Positions 34,599-43,961 of a stretch of 54,838 nt of DNA are shown here, in pieces. The notes under the pieces are model-generated. The model was not told the origin of the DNA. It searched no databases and saw only the letters and a list, made by a program, of their open reading frames with translations. This DNA is from Candidatus Woesearchaeota archaeon (GTDB lineage Archaea; Nanobdellota; Nanobdellia; SCGC-AAA011-G17; JACPNG01), in the NCBI GenBank assembly GCA_018303365.1, contig JAGVYI010000021.1:1-54838 (forward strand), written 5' to 3'. The position numbers were made by a program, and so were the translations under genes. Positions within the stretch are counted from its first letter, which is position 1, and the number at the start of each line of letters is the position of its first letter.

Positions 34599-34919
34599 TT
34601 ACTCTTTTTCCAGCTTTCTGAGCACTTCTTTATATACTTCTTTGTTAACTTTTGAGAAGTCCTGCACCACTTCTGCCTGGAGCTGCTTCTCCTCACTGCT
34701 TTCAAGCACGGTTCCAAATACCCTAATAAACTCTCCTAGACTTTGGTTTATATCCCCTCGGATTGTTATTTGCCCGGTGCCATCATCAATTAGAGAGGTC
34801 CCATTATCTTTTGCAACAATCGTTCCCGCAATTGCTACCTTTGTTTTAGGAAAATCCACTTTTATGATCTGCTTTATTTCAAATGGTCTTATTTCACTCA
34901 TCAGTTGTAGCTTCTCCAA
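34599..34919 (-). CDS. small OB-fold nucleic-acid-binding protein (RPA-like)
   Basis: KVAIAGTIVAKDNGTSLIDDGTGQITIRGD..FIRVFGTV is an OB-barrel pattern. An alternative ATG at 34901 would form a TGATG stop/start overlap with tfs. Confidence 0.5.
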   Translation of the reverse strand: MEKLQLMSEIRPFEIKQIIKVDFPKTKVAIAGTIVAKDNGTSLIDDGTGQITIRGDINQSLGEFIRVFGTVLESSEEKQLQAEVVQDFSKVNKEVYKEVLRKLEKE

Positions 34920-35215
34920 CGATTTTTACATTTTACACATTCAAAGAAACGTGTTTCAGCTTCATCTCCAGCACGTGTCTGCACTGTCCAAAAATATGCT
35001 TCACCATGTTTACATCTAGGACACTCTTCTTTTGTCTTTGGGAGTGTCTCAATCTTTTTGTCAACCACCTCTATTTTCTCTTCTTTTCCTAGTTGCACTT
35101 TTTCTTCAATTATGACATTTTGTTTTTGCTTTGAAGAATATCCGCAGGCACAGGACATCCTTTTCCCATCTTTCTTTGGTACGAGTATGGCACCGCACCG
35201 TGGGCAAAATATCAT
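34901..35215 (-). CDS. tfs: transcription factor S (TFS / RpoM)
   Basis: N-terminal Zn ribbon CPRCG..CACG. C-terminal CPRCKH..YFWTVQTRAGDEAETRFFECVKCKNRW. Confidence 0.92.
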   Translation of the reverse strand: MIFCPRCGAILVPKKDGKRMSCACGYSSKQKQNVIIEEKVQLGKEEKIEVVDKKIETLPKTKEECPRCKHGEAYFWTVQTRAGDEAETRFFECVKCKNRWRSYN

Positions 35216-35227
35216 CTTATTTTTCTC

Positions 35228-35800
35228 CTATATTCCTTTTCCTATTCCCAGTTTTTGGAGAGCCATCACCGCACTTATCTTCACCCAACCAAGGAACGGT
35301 ACTTTTAACCTAGCTTTTCCTACGATGTTTTCTGGAGAAACCCTTTCCTTGTCAGGAGATGGGTTGTTATCCCCTTTGGTAGTTTGAGGGTTCTTTGCAA
35401 CAACCCTATGAATTATCGGGATTGTTCTTGTATCCTCTTGTTTCATATATACTATGACCTCCCCCCTTTTTATGTTTTTTGACCCAGTAAGGACTATAAT
35501 GTCTCCTTTATTAAAACCATTTTTAAATGAATATCCTTTAAACTCTTCTTTTGTTATCCCTTCTTTTTCATACCATTTCCCGTTGTTCTCCCACCATATT
35601 TCAAATCCTTGGCTATTATGCTCCATGCTTCCAGAGACAACAGCAACTACTGGCAGGGGAGTTCCAAGTAATAGGCCTAATACTGGGTAGATTGCGAACT
35701 TTACGAGAAAAAAGGCAAGAACAATTGTGACTAACCAAGAGAGAAGGCTGTCTTCCTTCCATAAAAAGTGCCATATCCTTCGCACAGTCTTTGAGAACAT
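35228..35800 (-). CDS. signal peptidase I (archaeal/eukaryal S26B type)
   Basis: VVSGSMEH (catalytic Ser box), GDIIVL, IIHRVV and TKGDNN boxes. N-terminal TM. Confidence 0.88.
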   Translation of the reverse strand: MFSKTVRRIWHFLWKEDSLLSWLVTIVLAFFLVKFAIYPVLGLLLGTPLPVVAVVSGSMEHNSQGFEIWWENNGKWYEKEGITKEEFKGYSFKNGFNKGDIIVLTGSKNIKRGEVIVYMKQEDTRTIPIIHRVVAKNPQTTKGDNNPSPDKERVSPENIVGKARLKVPFLGWVKISAVMALQKLGIGKGI

Positions 35801-35837
35801 ATTCTGGGCTTTTCTGTGCCCTATAAAAAGATTTGTT

Positions 35838-36107
35838 TTATTTTAGACTTTTTTCAAACTTTTGCTTTACTTCCGCATTCTTCTTTTGCAGCCTTTGTGC
35901 TGCTTCTTTAAGACTCTTTTTTGGGTCTTTTGATTCTACAAATAGGATTGGGGTGTCTACTAGGGCATGTTTCATCTCATAGCCCGCTGCTTGAACGGTT
36001 TTATCTTCCCACAACTCTTTTCTTATCAGATTTACAAGGGTGTGTCCTTCTTTTTTTATTTCTATTTTAAGTGATTCTTTTTCTTTGTTTCGCACTTCAA
36101 TTTCCAT
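35838..36107 (-). CDS. rpoL: DNA-directed RNA polymerase subunit L (Rpo11)
   Basis: LKIEIKKEGHTLVNLIRKELWED..AAGYEMKHALVDTPILFVES. ATG at 36107 follows GAGAGGGGAAAGG; the track start is TTG. Confidence 0.85.
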   Translation of the reverse strand: MEIEVRNKEKESLKIEIKKEGHTLVNLIRKELWEDKTVQAAGYEMKHALVDTPILFVESKDPKKSLKEAAQRLQKKNAEVKQKFEKSLK

Positions 36108-36132
36108 CCTTTCCCCTCTCAAGAAGCTGTTT

Positions 36133-36771
36133 TTAAACCTTTCTCCTTCTTTTTTCTAACATCCACACCCCTACATCTGTGTAGTATGTCTTTTTTCTAT
36201 GGAAGGTTAGGGTGGGTTTAAGAGGGAATTTTATAGGTATAATCCCCTTTATACTAAATCCATTATCTTCTGCGAGCGTTGCAATAAACCTTTCTCCTGC
36301 TATTTTGTGAATACTGTATATTGTCGGCGCCAACTCCATAGCTTTAAGTAGAAATGCTTTATCTGCATGGGGCTGCTTTGTACCAAATGGCGGATTTTGA
36401 ATGATGACCTGCGCTCTTTTTTTGTAGAGTCTAATCTCTCTTTGTACAAACTCTGCTCTATATTTTCTTTTTAGATTTTTCTCTACTGCTATTTTGTTTT
36501 CTTCTGCCTTCTTGAGAGCTTCAAGATCGATGTCAACAAATGTTACTTTTCTTGCGCCTAGGATAAGCGCACCTATTCCTAGGATACCGGTTCCGCACCC
36601 TAAATCAATGCAGGATTTGCCTTCTATGTCTCCGTTGAGAAATGCTTTCCAAATGACCTGTGCAGCTATTTCTGCTTCTGTCTGATATTGCTCTAGCTTA
36701 ACTTTAGGATTCTCGAAGGTGGCTAGCTTTGTTAATTCTACTGCCACTGATTTTTTTGTTATTTTTCCCAT
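36133..36771 (-). CDS. SAM-dependent N6-adenine methyltransferase, METTL5/COG2263-like
   Basis: DLGCGTGILGIGALILGA..VTFVDID (SAM motif I/II) and IIQNPPFG (NPPF catalytic motif). Confidence 0.8.
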   Translation of the reverse strand: MGKITKKSVAVELTKLATFENPKVKLEQYQTEAEIAAQVIWKAFLNGDIEGKSCIDLGCGTGILGIGALILGARKVTFVDIDLEALKKAEENKIAVEKNLKRKYRAEFVQREIRLYKKRAQVIIQNPPFGTKQPHADKAFLLKAMELAPTIYSIHKIAGERFIATLAEDNGFSIKGIIPIKFPLKPTLTFHRKKTYYTDVGVWMLEKRRRKV

Positions 36772-37240
36772 TTCCCCCTATTGTGATAATGTCTCCTATC
36801 GTCATCTCATCTTGCTTCTTCTTCTGGACCCTTTTGGTTTCTTCTTCTACTTCTTTTTGGAGTATTATATTTAAGTTTTGTTCGAGTTTTTTTGTTAGTT
36901 CAATAGATGGCTCTATTTGATTGTTTTCTATTTTTTGGATTAGCGACTCTTTTTGTGCCATTCTTGTTGCCAACTCTCTTTGTGTCAACCCTTTTATTTC
37001 CCGCGCTTTTCTTACTCTTTCCCCGATATTCTCGACAAGAACTACTGTATTCTTATCTCTTTTTGGTGGTCTAGAAATGTTCCTTTGCTTTACAAATGCT
37101 TTTTGAGCTGGCTTTATTACTCTTCCATAGCCGCTACATTCTTTGCATGTTTGGAGTGTCGTACCTTCTATTTTCACTTGCGCGAGCTCATCTTCTCTAC
37201 CACACAGCTCGCAGCTGCCCATTTTATTGTAATTTCTCAT
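36704..37240 (-). CDS. mbf1: multiprotein bridging factor 1 (aMBF1): Zn ribbon plus XRE-type HTH
   Basis: CELCG..CKECSGYG, then RVRKAREIKGLTQRELATRMAQKESLIQKIENN. Overlaps the methyltransferase ORF by 68 nt. Confidence 0.85.
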   Translation of the reverse strand: MRNYNKMGSCELCGREDELAQVKIEGTTLQTCKECSGYGRVIKPAQKAFVKQRNISRPPKRDKNTVVLVENIGERVRKAREIKGLTQRELATRMAQKESLIQKIENNQIEPSIELTKKLEQNLNIILQKEVEEETKRVQKKKQDEMTIGDIITIGGNGKNNKKISGSRINKASHLRES

Positions 37241-37273
37241 AAACTATTTAAACCTTTCTTCAGAGGGTTTTCT

Positions 37274-38668
37274 ATGCGAAAAGACCTACTCTTTCTAAGC
37301 ATTATTTTTGGACTTTTTGTAACATTTCGTATTATTCATATTTTAACTTATTTCCACTTCATCTTGTGGGACGAGGCAGTCTATCTTTCAATTGCCAAGT
37401 ATTTTTTTTCAGGCGGTCAATATGGTTTGTTTGAAACTATCCGACCTTTGGGACTTCCACTTTTACTGAGCCTCGGCCTTCATCTTCCTTTTGACCTTGT
37501 TTTATTCTCTGACATTATTATAATCCTTTTCTCTTTAGGTACACTCTTTGTTGTCTATCTTCTTGGCAAAGACCTTTTTTCCCCAGGTGTTGGCGTGCTT
37601 TCTGCATTACTCCTTTCTTTTCATCCTATATTTTTTTCAAACAGTCTTCGTATACTAACGGGGATTCCTTCTGTCTTTTTCTCGCTTCTTGCCGTTTACT
37701 TTTTTATACGTCACTCTTATACCTTGTGTGGGGTGTTCTCTTTTTTTGCTTTCTTTTTTCGCTATCCTCATGGGCTTTTGGTCCTTGTTTTTGGCTTTTC
37801 TCTTCTCTCTTTCTTTCTCAAAGACAAGGACTGGAAATATTTTATTTCCTCTTCTATTCGTTTGTTCTTGCCCTTTTTTATACTCCTAACTTCTTTCGCT
37901 GTTTTGTTTTCTCTTTTTTTTGATAATTTCTTTCTATCTTTTTTCAGTGCTGCATCACATCAAAATAACCCATTTTACACTGTTGTTGGATTTTGGAGAA
38001 ATCTCTTTTATTATCCTGGGGTAATTTTCTCTGGCTCTCTTGTTATGCTTTTTTCTGCCTTAGGCATTATCTCCTCTAGTTTGCGTTACCGTCTTACTCC
38101 CATCTACTTTTATCTTTTTTTCTATCTTTCCTACTTCACCTTGGTTGTTAATAAACAGCCTCGTTTTGCTATTTTGTTTCTTCCATTTTTTGCCCTATTC
38201 GCTTCTTTTGGGGTTTTTTCTGCTTACTCTTTCCTTTCTTCGCGTCGCGTCAAAACCGTATTCCTTATTTTTTCTATTTTCTTTCTGCTAAGTTCAACTC
38301 TTTCTTTCTATTCCTCTTTTGTCTCTTACTCGTCTTTTCCTAAGTCTGCACCACCCATTGTTTCTGAATATTATTCTTATTTTCCAGACTACCTCCCATC
38401 TCCTATTCTTACCAGTGATCCTGTTCCTGGGGCCTATCGCAATGTTCTTTTCATACCTTATTATAGTTCTTTGGACACTGCTTTTCAGACTGTTAACTCT
38501 TCTACCCCTTTTGTGGCCGGTGCTTACTTTAGTCGTGCACCTTTTCCTTGCTCTTCCCCTTATTGCAATGGCCAACTAGAAGAGATTTTTTCTCTACTTT
38601 CTCTAAAATTCGATCTTGCTTTTGCAGGCTCCTATGAGGAAGAGAAATATATCTTTATTCGGCCTTAA
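37274..38668 (+). CDS. GT-C fold glycosyltransferase (PMT_2/ArnT-like family 39)
   Basis: Start taken at the internal ATG, MRKDLLFLSIIFGLF. First-loop motif HFILWDEAVYLSIAKYF. Many TMs. The track's upstream 107 codons run antisense through mbf1. Confidence 0.65.
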   Translation: MRKDLLFLSIIFGLFVTFRIIHILTYFHFILWDEAVYLSIAKYFFSGGQYGLFETIRPLGLPLLLSLGLHLPFDLVLFSDIIIILFSLGTLFVVYLLGKDLFSPGVGVLSALLLSFHPIFFSNSLRILTGIPSVFFSLLAVYFFIRHSYTLCGVFSFFAFFFRYPHGLLVLVFGFSLLSFFLKDKDWKYFISSSIRLFLPFFILLTSFAVLFSLFFDNFFLSFFSAASHQNNPFYTVVGFWRNLFYYPGVIFSGSLVMLFSALGIISSSLRYRLTPIYFYLFFYLSYFTLVVNKQPRFAILFLPFFALFASFGVFSAYSFLSSRRVKTVFLIFSIFFLLSSTLSFYSSFVSYSSFPKSAPPIVSEYYSYFPDYLPSPILTSDPVPGAYRNVLFIPYYSSLDTAFQTVNSSTPFVAGAYFSRAPFPCSSPYCNGQLEEIFSLLSLKFDLAFAGSYEEEKYIFIRP

Positions 38669-39317
38669 ACTTCCTTTCAATCTGTTTTTTTAACTCTGCA
38701 CTTCCAATGAATCCTTCTTTTATTACTTCATCATTTACCACTACCGTCGTGGGGTGGGTAATGTTATACCCTTGTTTTAGAGTGTCTACTAATGGTTCAT
38801 CATGGTAATCTTTATCTATCGAGAGCACAATGAGGTTGTCTTCATATTCCTTTTCAAGGTTTGTCAACACATACCCCTGTTTTATGCTCTCTTGGTTATC
38901 AATCGTGTAGAAAAACAAAATATAAACAATATCTTCATCACAGTGTTTTTGGAGGTCTTGGATTAGCATCATAAACTGTACTTCAAGTATAAAATACTTC
39001 CTTTTCAAATAGTCAAAATCTTTTTCATAACTCACCCTCTTTTTTGAATATTCACCTAATTGTTGTCCAATCTCTACAGTTGCATATTTCATCTTGTTGA
39101 TTCTTGTACTGAGAATTTCACATGCATTCTGTTTGAAATCTCTTAGAAGCCTTTCTTGTAGCAGGTAGCTTTCAGTCTCCAGTTCATTTCGCTGGAGGTT
39201 TTTGAGTACTTCTTTTGAGCGCAGGTTGTCAATACCTACCCCTAAACCAAGCCCTCCTATAAAGATGAGGGATGCAATTGCGAGACTTACTAGAATGTTC
39301 TTTTTGGGACTTACCAT
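38655..39317 (-). CDS. hypothetical membrane-anchored protein
   Basis: Start taken at MVSPKKNILVSLAIASLIFIGGLGLGV (single TM), then a coiled coil and an alpha/beta domain. No family recognised. Confidence 0.5.
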   Translation of the reverse strand: MVSPKKNILVSLAIASLIFIGGLGLGVGIDNLRSKEVLKNLQRNELETESYLLQERLLRDFKQNACEILSTRINKMKYATVEIGQQLGEYSKKRVSYEKDFDYLKRKYFILEVQFMMLIQDLQKHCDEDIVYILFFYTIDNQESIKQGYVLTNLEKEYEDNLIVLSIDKDYHDEPLVDTLKQGYNITHPTTVVVNDEVIKEGFIGSAELKKQIERKFKAE

Positions 39318-40537
39318 TTGTTTTTGCTTCTCCTTGCTTCTTTTGTTACTGCAGTTATCCAATGAAGAGTTCTGACTATGGGATATACTGTCATATAAAT
39401 TACCAATATGCCTAGATTTGTCCATTTTTCATTTACTAGTTTATGCGCCTCATTGTACATATAAAGAGAGAGCAGAATTGTTATCGCTATCGGAAACATT
39501 ATTTTTATATTTAGACCAAGAAAAACTTCTTTGAGAGAGGGTATATCTATAAGACGGATTATGTTTACCCCCAATACTCCTACCTTTACCGAAGTAGTGT
39601 GTATTTTTTCTATTAATTCAATTCCTATCAACATTGCCATAGTGATTGTCACAATGATTGTTAATACATTCACAGGATACTGAAACATCCCTACCATTCC
39701 GTGCTTTTTATTAAAGAGGAATTGCTTGTACTTTACCGTATTGTAGATAAACCCTCTAAACCACCTTACTCTCTGATTCCAGAGTGTTCTAAAACTGTTG
39801 GGTACCTTTGTAAATGTTATGCATTCAGGAGCAATTTTTATTTTATGCCCTTTTGCAATTAGGTGTAGCGCTACTTCAAGGTCTTCTGTAAGATTGTTTT
39901 CATCAAACCCCCCAATTTCTCTTAATCTATGGGCCCTATACAGACTTAATGCCCCGGGTGTGTTGTGAAGAGTATTTATTTTTGCCATGAGTTTTCTTGA
40001 AAATGTTGATATGATGTACTCAAGGCGCTGGACTTTTTCATAGATATTTTTTGTTTCATCTACTTTAATTGCGCTAATTACTGCTGCTACTTTTTCATCT
40101 TCAAAGTAGGTAAGCATGTTATCTATAGACCCGAATGTTACTGTAGAATCTGCATCAACACATCCAATTATTTCCCCTGTTGCATTATTTACGCCCATAT
40201 TTAGGGCGGCTGCTTTTGTTCCACCATTCTTCTCCCTATTTAATAACTTGATTCTTGCACCCTCTTTGATGCATTCTTCTATTATTTCTTTTGTTTTATC
40301 GGTTGATCCATCATTGACTGCAATAATCTCTAACTTATCTTGCGGGTAGCCTGTGTTTTGGAGGGCCTGTAGGGTTTCTTTGATAACCATTTCTTCATTA
40401 TATGCTGGGACTATTATACTTACTTTCGGTTTCCACGGCCCTTTTTTTTCTTCCACCTCTGCGTAGAGGACTCTAATCCAAAATATCCCGAGAAATAGGC
40501 TTAGGAAAGAAACAAACCATACAGCAATTTCTATCAT
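39311..40537 (-). CDS. processive family-2 glycosyltransferase (PgaC/NodC/chitin-synthase-like)
   Basis: SIIVPAYNEE, AVNDGSTDKT, GGTKAAALNMG, CVDADS, TEDLEV and the QRVRWFRG (QxxRW) motif. N- and C-terminal TMs. Confidence 0.85.
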   Translation of the reverse strand: MIEIAVWFVSFLSLFLGIFWIRVLYAEVEEKKGPWKPKVSIIVPAYNEEMVIKETLQALQNTGYPQDKLEIIAVNDGSTDKTKEIIEECIKEGARIKLLNREKNGGTKAAALNMGVNNATGEIIGCVDADSTVTFGSIDNMLTYFEDEKVAAVISAIKVDETKNIYEKVQRLEYIISTFSRKLMAKINTLHNTPGALSLYRAHRLREIGGFDENNLTEDLEVALHLIAKGHKIKIAPECITFTKVPNSFRTLWNQRVRWFRGFIYNTVKYKQFLFNKKHGMVGMFQYPVNVLTIIVTITMAMLIGIELIEKIHTTSVKVGVLGVNIIRLIDIPSLKEVFLGLNIKIMFPIAITILLSLYMYNEAHKLVNEKWTNLGILVIYMTVYPIVRTLHWITAVTKEARRSKNKW

Positions 40538-41988
40538 CTTTCAATTTCCAAGATCTGTGTATTCTCACTTTCATAAATCTTTTTAAAATCTTTTCCGTAG
40601 GTCAATAGGAAGAGAAGACCATCCTCTTCGTTTTTCCACAGTTTCTTTTTCATGTTAGCATCAATCCAAATGTGAGTAATGCCATATTTTTCTATGACCT
40701 TATCGGCTTCTTTAATCTTTCTTGTTGCTGTTAAGTTTTTGAAATCTATGTTTCTTTCTTTTATGTCCCTAACCAGTTCAGTGTTTGAGTCCCAAACATT
40801 TTTCCTTTCCGCTATTGCGCTAATCCAATTTCCCTTTGTGATGTCTGAGAAGACAACTGCACTTTGATTACTTTGCTCCTTGAGAAACTCTAGGCTTTCT
40901 TTTATCTCATCTGTAGGTTGTGCTACTGTTAACGCTTTTACATGGGAAAATGAAGAGAATAGAAGGCCTGTTATTAAAACAAGGAGCGTCAAATTCTCTA
41001 TAAGCCTTATCTCCCAGCGTATTTTTAATATTTCTTCTATGCCCAGCGCTGCAAGTGCTGCAATTAGGGGGGTAAGATAAAAAAGGGTATCTTTGATGAA
41101 AATAGAAGTGATACTGAATACGATTATAGTTATATATATTATGCTGTGTTTGTACTTTTCTTTCCATAAATATACGAACCCGAATATTGCAAGAATTATC
41201 GCAAATATATTTAGTCCGAAGATCCCTCCCATATCTGCTAGCATGGTTTGTAGGGTTTGCACAAACCTTATTGGTGTATCTTGAATTATATGTGATGTTC
41301 TTGCAAGTGCCATTTGTATAACTATAACCGTACCGATAATAACCCCCGCTAGCCAAAGTTTTTTCTCTTTTTTTAGAAGCACATATATTGCAATGGATAG
41401 GAGACTGACGATTGCCGGTATGATTCCAAACGCAGCTGTTGCTATCAGCGCAAGATTCGCTCGTCTTGTATTTTCTTTTAGCATACTATCCATTGAAATC
41501 AGTAGCAGGAGAAGTGGAAATGCATTTTTGTTTACCGTTACAAAAAGATAAGTAAATGCAGGAGATAATACAAAGATTATCGTTGCAAGGAAAGCAATTG
41601 TTCGTGTTCTTTTTAGTGTTTTCACTATTGAAAAGAAAGTTAATGTTGTTAGTGCCCCTAACACTATCATCAGAAGATTTGCGATAATTCCTACCTGTAC
41701 GCTTCCATTCAAGCTTAACCACCTTATTATCTGTGGCAAGATATTAAATGAGTGAATTCTTCCACTAAAGCTCAGTTGGTCTTCCATTGTGTATTGAGCC
41801 TTTGCTTGTCTGAGGAAAAGATAGGTTTCATCCCCGATTGGTGTTGTATGGGGTCTGAGAATTAGCACCATCCCTAAGATTCCTACTGTCAAGGCTATAA
41901 GAATGACCGCGATTATCTTATCTACACTTGACGCGGTAAACTGTTGCTTTATCAGTTTCCTTGATTTTTCTGAAACAGTCCTGATCAT
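40534..41988 (-). CDS. polytopic membrane protein with C-terminal soluble domain (possible GT-C/oligosaccharyltransferase-like)
   Basis: More than 10 predicted TMs. First-loop GDETYLFLRQAKA is reminiscent of the DxD..YY..R loop of STT3/AglB-like enzymes. No WWDYG motif seen. Confidence 0.45.
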   Translation of the reverse strand: MIRTVSEKSRKLIKQQFTASSVDKIIAVILIALTVGILGMVLILRPHTTPIGDETYLFLRQAKAQYTMEDQLSFSGRIHSFNILPQIIRWLSLNGSVQVGIIANLLMIVLGALTTLTFFSIVKTLKRTRTIAFLATIIFVLSPAFTYLFVTVNKNAFPLLLLLISMDSMLKENTRRANLALIATAAFGIIPAIVSLLSIAIYVLLKKEKKLWLAGVIIGTVIVIQMALARTSHIIQDTPIRFVQTLQTMLADMGGIFGLNIFAIILAIFGFVYLWKEKYKHSIIYITIIVFSITSIFIKDTLFYLTPLIAALAALGIEEILKIRWEIRLIENLTLLVLITGLLFSSFSHVKALTVAQPTDEIKESLEFLKEQSNQSAVVFSDITKGNWISAIAERKNVWDSNTELVRDIKERNIDFKNLTATRKIKEADKVIEKYGITHIWIDANMKKKLWKNEEDGLLFLLTYGKDFKKIYESENTQILEIER

Positions 41989-43390
41989 CTATGTATGGAA
42001 TTTGTGACTCGTTATATATTCTTTTTGTTTTATCTGAGAAATAAATAAGGCTTACATTATATTCTCTAAACACTTCTCTAGCCCTTTTTCCTGAGATAGT
42101 TGTAAACAACCTTGTCAGATCATTGTACCTTTCGTTTATTTCCGGGGCGAGCATAAAGTTTGTATCCATGACATTTCTTCTCTCAGCTATACTCGTTATG
42201 TAATGTCCCTCTTCAGGAGATGCTGCTACTACTTCATGTGCTGCTGCTGTAGTTTTGATGTGGAGCAATGCTTCTTTTTCTTGAGGAGTAACTGCTTGAG
42301 CCATTGCCTGCTCTGCTTGGGTGTATGAAGGTACAATTAGTGTTGCAAGTATTGCAAGAACAATTGCTGGTTTTATAATGTGTTTTGCCTTATCGGCCTT
42401 TGTGAGGCGAAGGTACTGCGTTGTTCTCTCAAAGCCAGCAGCAGCCATCGTTGCCATTGCAATTCCAAGGATTGTTACCCCTGTATTGAAATTCATTACC
42501 TTAAAAAACAACAAGGTAGAAGTTGCCAATATTGTTGAAGAGAATGTTAGAAAAGCGTGGGATGTTTCTTTTGTAATCGCGAGAAATCTTCCGATTCCTC
42601 CAAGAACAATGGTTACAATCCCTGTCTGAACAAGAATATCCTTTATTTCTATATTCCTGAAGTATTCCCCTCTTATTACCATAGGTGTGTTATTCCATAT
42701 AGCATTCACCCCGTTTATGATAAAAGCCTCTTTGTATACTGCCAATTCAATAATGCTTACAAATAGAATTGTGAAGAGTATCACTTCTTTTTTTGCTTTT
42801 GTTACTACAATGCCTTCTACTGCCGCAAGAAGCAAGTATACTGCTAGACCAGATGCCAATAGTATCGCCAGTGGATGGAGCACAGCAAGTATCGCTGTTG
42901 TGAGTATGAACAGGTTGAGGTAGAATCCTCTTTCCATCTTTATAAAACAATAAAGGGCAAAGAATAAAAGTGGCAAGGCTATAGTGTATGGACTTATTTT
43001 ATTCAGCGTTTCTCTGATGATTATTGGGGTAAATCCTGAAATTGATGCTGCTACAATTTGCGCAGTTTTGTCCTTTGTTATTTCCTTTGCTGCAAGGTAT
43101 GTGATTAGAACTAATGTTGCAATCATAATACTTGTTAATATCTTAATGCCGTAAGGAATAACGCTCACAGGTGCAAGAATATAATAGAGGAGTGGCGATC
43201 CCACACTTTCGCGCCCACTATAGCTTAATGGATCGTATACTACGTGAGCGTATTTTTCTTTTACATTTTCAATATTTTTTAGAATATAATATGAGTTGCT
43301 ATCACTCCATTCTGGAGTTTGTAACATAAAAAAAACACGGAATAGTACAACGAATATGAAGACTCCCAGCACCAGTTTATAGCTTTTCAT
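41918..43390 (-). CDS. polytopic membrane protein, same architecture as (putative paralog of) 40534..41988
   Basis: Same architecture: first loop EWSDSNSYYILKNIENV, many TMs, and a C-terminal soluble domain ending ..ATVYRVKC. Confidence 0.45.
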   Translation of the reverse strand: MKSYKLVLGVFIFVVLFRVFFMLQTPEWSDSNSYYILKNIENVKEKYAHVVYDPLSYSGRESVGSPLLYYILAPVSVIPYGIKILTSIMIATLVLITYLAAKEITKDKTAQIVAASISGFTPIIIRETLNKISPYTIALPLLFFALYCFIKMERGFYLNLFILTTAILAVLHPLAILLASGLAVYLLLAAVEGIVVTKAKKEVILFTILFVSIIELAVYKEAFIINGVNAIWNNTPMVIRGEYFRNIEIKDILVQTGIVTIVLGGIGRFLAITKETSHAFLTFSSTILATSTLLFFKVMNFNTGVTILGIAMATMAAAGFERTTQYLRLTKADKAKHIIKPAIVLAILATLIVPSYTQAEQAMAQAVTPQEKEALLHIKTTAAAHEVVAASPEEGHYITSIAERRNVMDTNFMLAPEINERYNDLTRLFTTISGKRAREVFREYNVSLIYFSDKTKRIYNESQIPYIDDQDCFRKIKETDKATVYRVKCR

Positions 43391-43961
43391 CTTCCTGTTC
43401 TTTTTCTGCTTCCTTTCTATCCTCTAACTCTTCAGGAGCAGATCTTATCTCTTCTGGTATTTGGCTTTCTATTTTATCCTTTAGTTCTTCCTCTACAACA
43501 TCAAAATAATCGAAGAACTTTGATGTCAACTTCAAGAGTCTTGTCCTTCCCTTTTTCTCCGATGTTATAAATTTATTCTCCCTTAATGTTTTTATGTGAT
43601 CATATGCCGAGTTTCCCCTTATTTCAATTATTCCTGATTGCATTACTGGTTGTTTGTAAGCAATGATCGCCAATGTTTGGGTTGTAGGTCTATCGAATTC
43701 TGAATCTGATAGAAGGCTGGTTGTGAGGTAGCTGTATTCCTTTTTTATGTTGAGCTTCCATTTTCCATTTTCTTCTTGAATCTCGAGTGCAGTGTCCTTT
43801 CTTTCATAATTTTTTTTTAGTTCTTCTAGAGTGGTCTTGACATATCCCAGTGAGCCAATATGGCAGAGTCTTGCAACTTCTTCTATTTCCATGAATCTTC
43901 CGGTTGTGAACAGAATAGCCTCTACCTTTTTTATCTCCGATTCCATTTTATTATATTGCAA
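43377..43961 (-). CDS. scpB: segregation and condensation protein B (ScpB)
   Basis: VEAILFTTGRFMEIEEVARL..TLAIIAYKQPVMQSGIIEIRG indicates two wHTH domains. The track start is TTG; an in-frame ATG lies at 43946. Confidence 0.8.
   Translation of the reverse strand: MQYNKMESEIKKVEAILFTTGRFMEIEEVARLCHIGSLGYVKTTLEELKKNYERKDTALEIQEENGKWKLNIKKEYSYLTTSLLSDSEFDRPTTQTLAIIAYKQPVMQSGIIEIRGNSAYDHIKTLRENKFITSEKKGRTRLLKLTSKFFDYFDVVEEELKDKIESQIPEEIRSAPEELEDRKEAEKEQEDEKL

Noticed and set aside
34204-35019. 271-aa + strand ORF.
   Set aside because: It runs antisense across PCNA and the OB-fold gene. The product is low-complexity S/F/L/I-rich, a shadow ORF.
36953-37273. N-terminal 107 codons of the track ORF 36953..38668.
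   Set aside because: This part runs antisense through mbf1 and is Cys/Phe-rich nonsense. The GT-C protein starts sensibly at the ATG at 37274 (MRKDLLFLSIIFG..).
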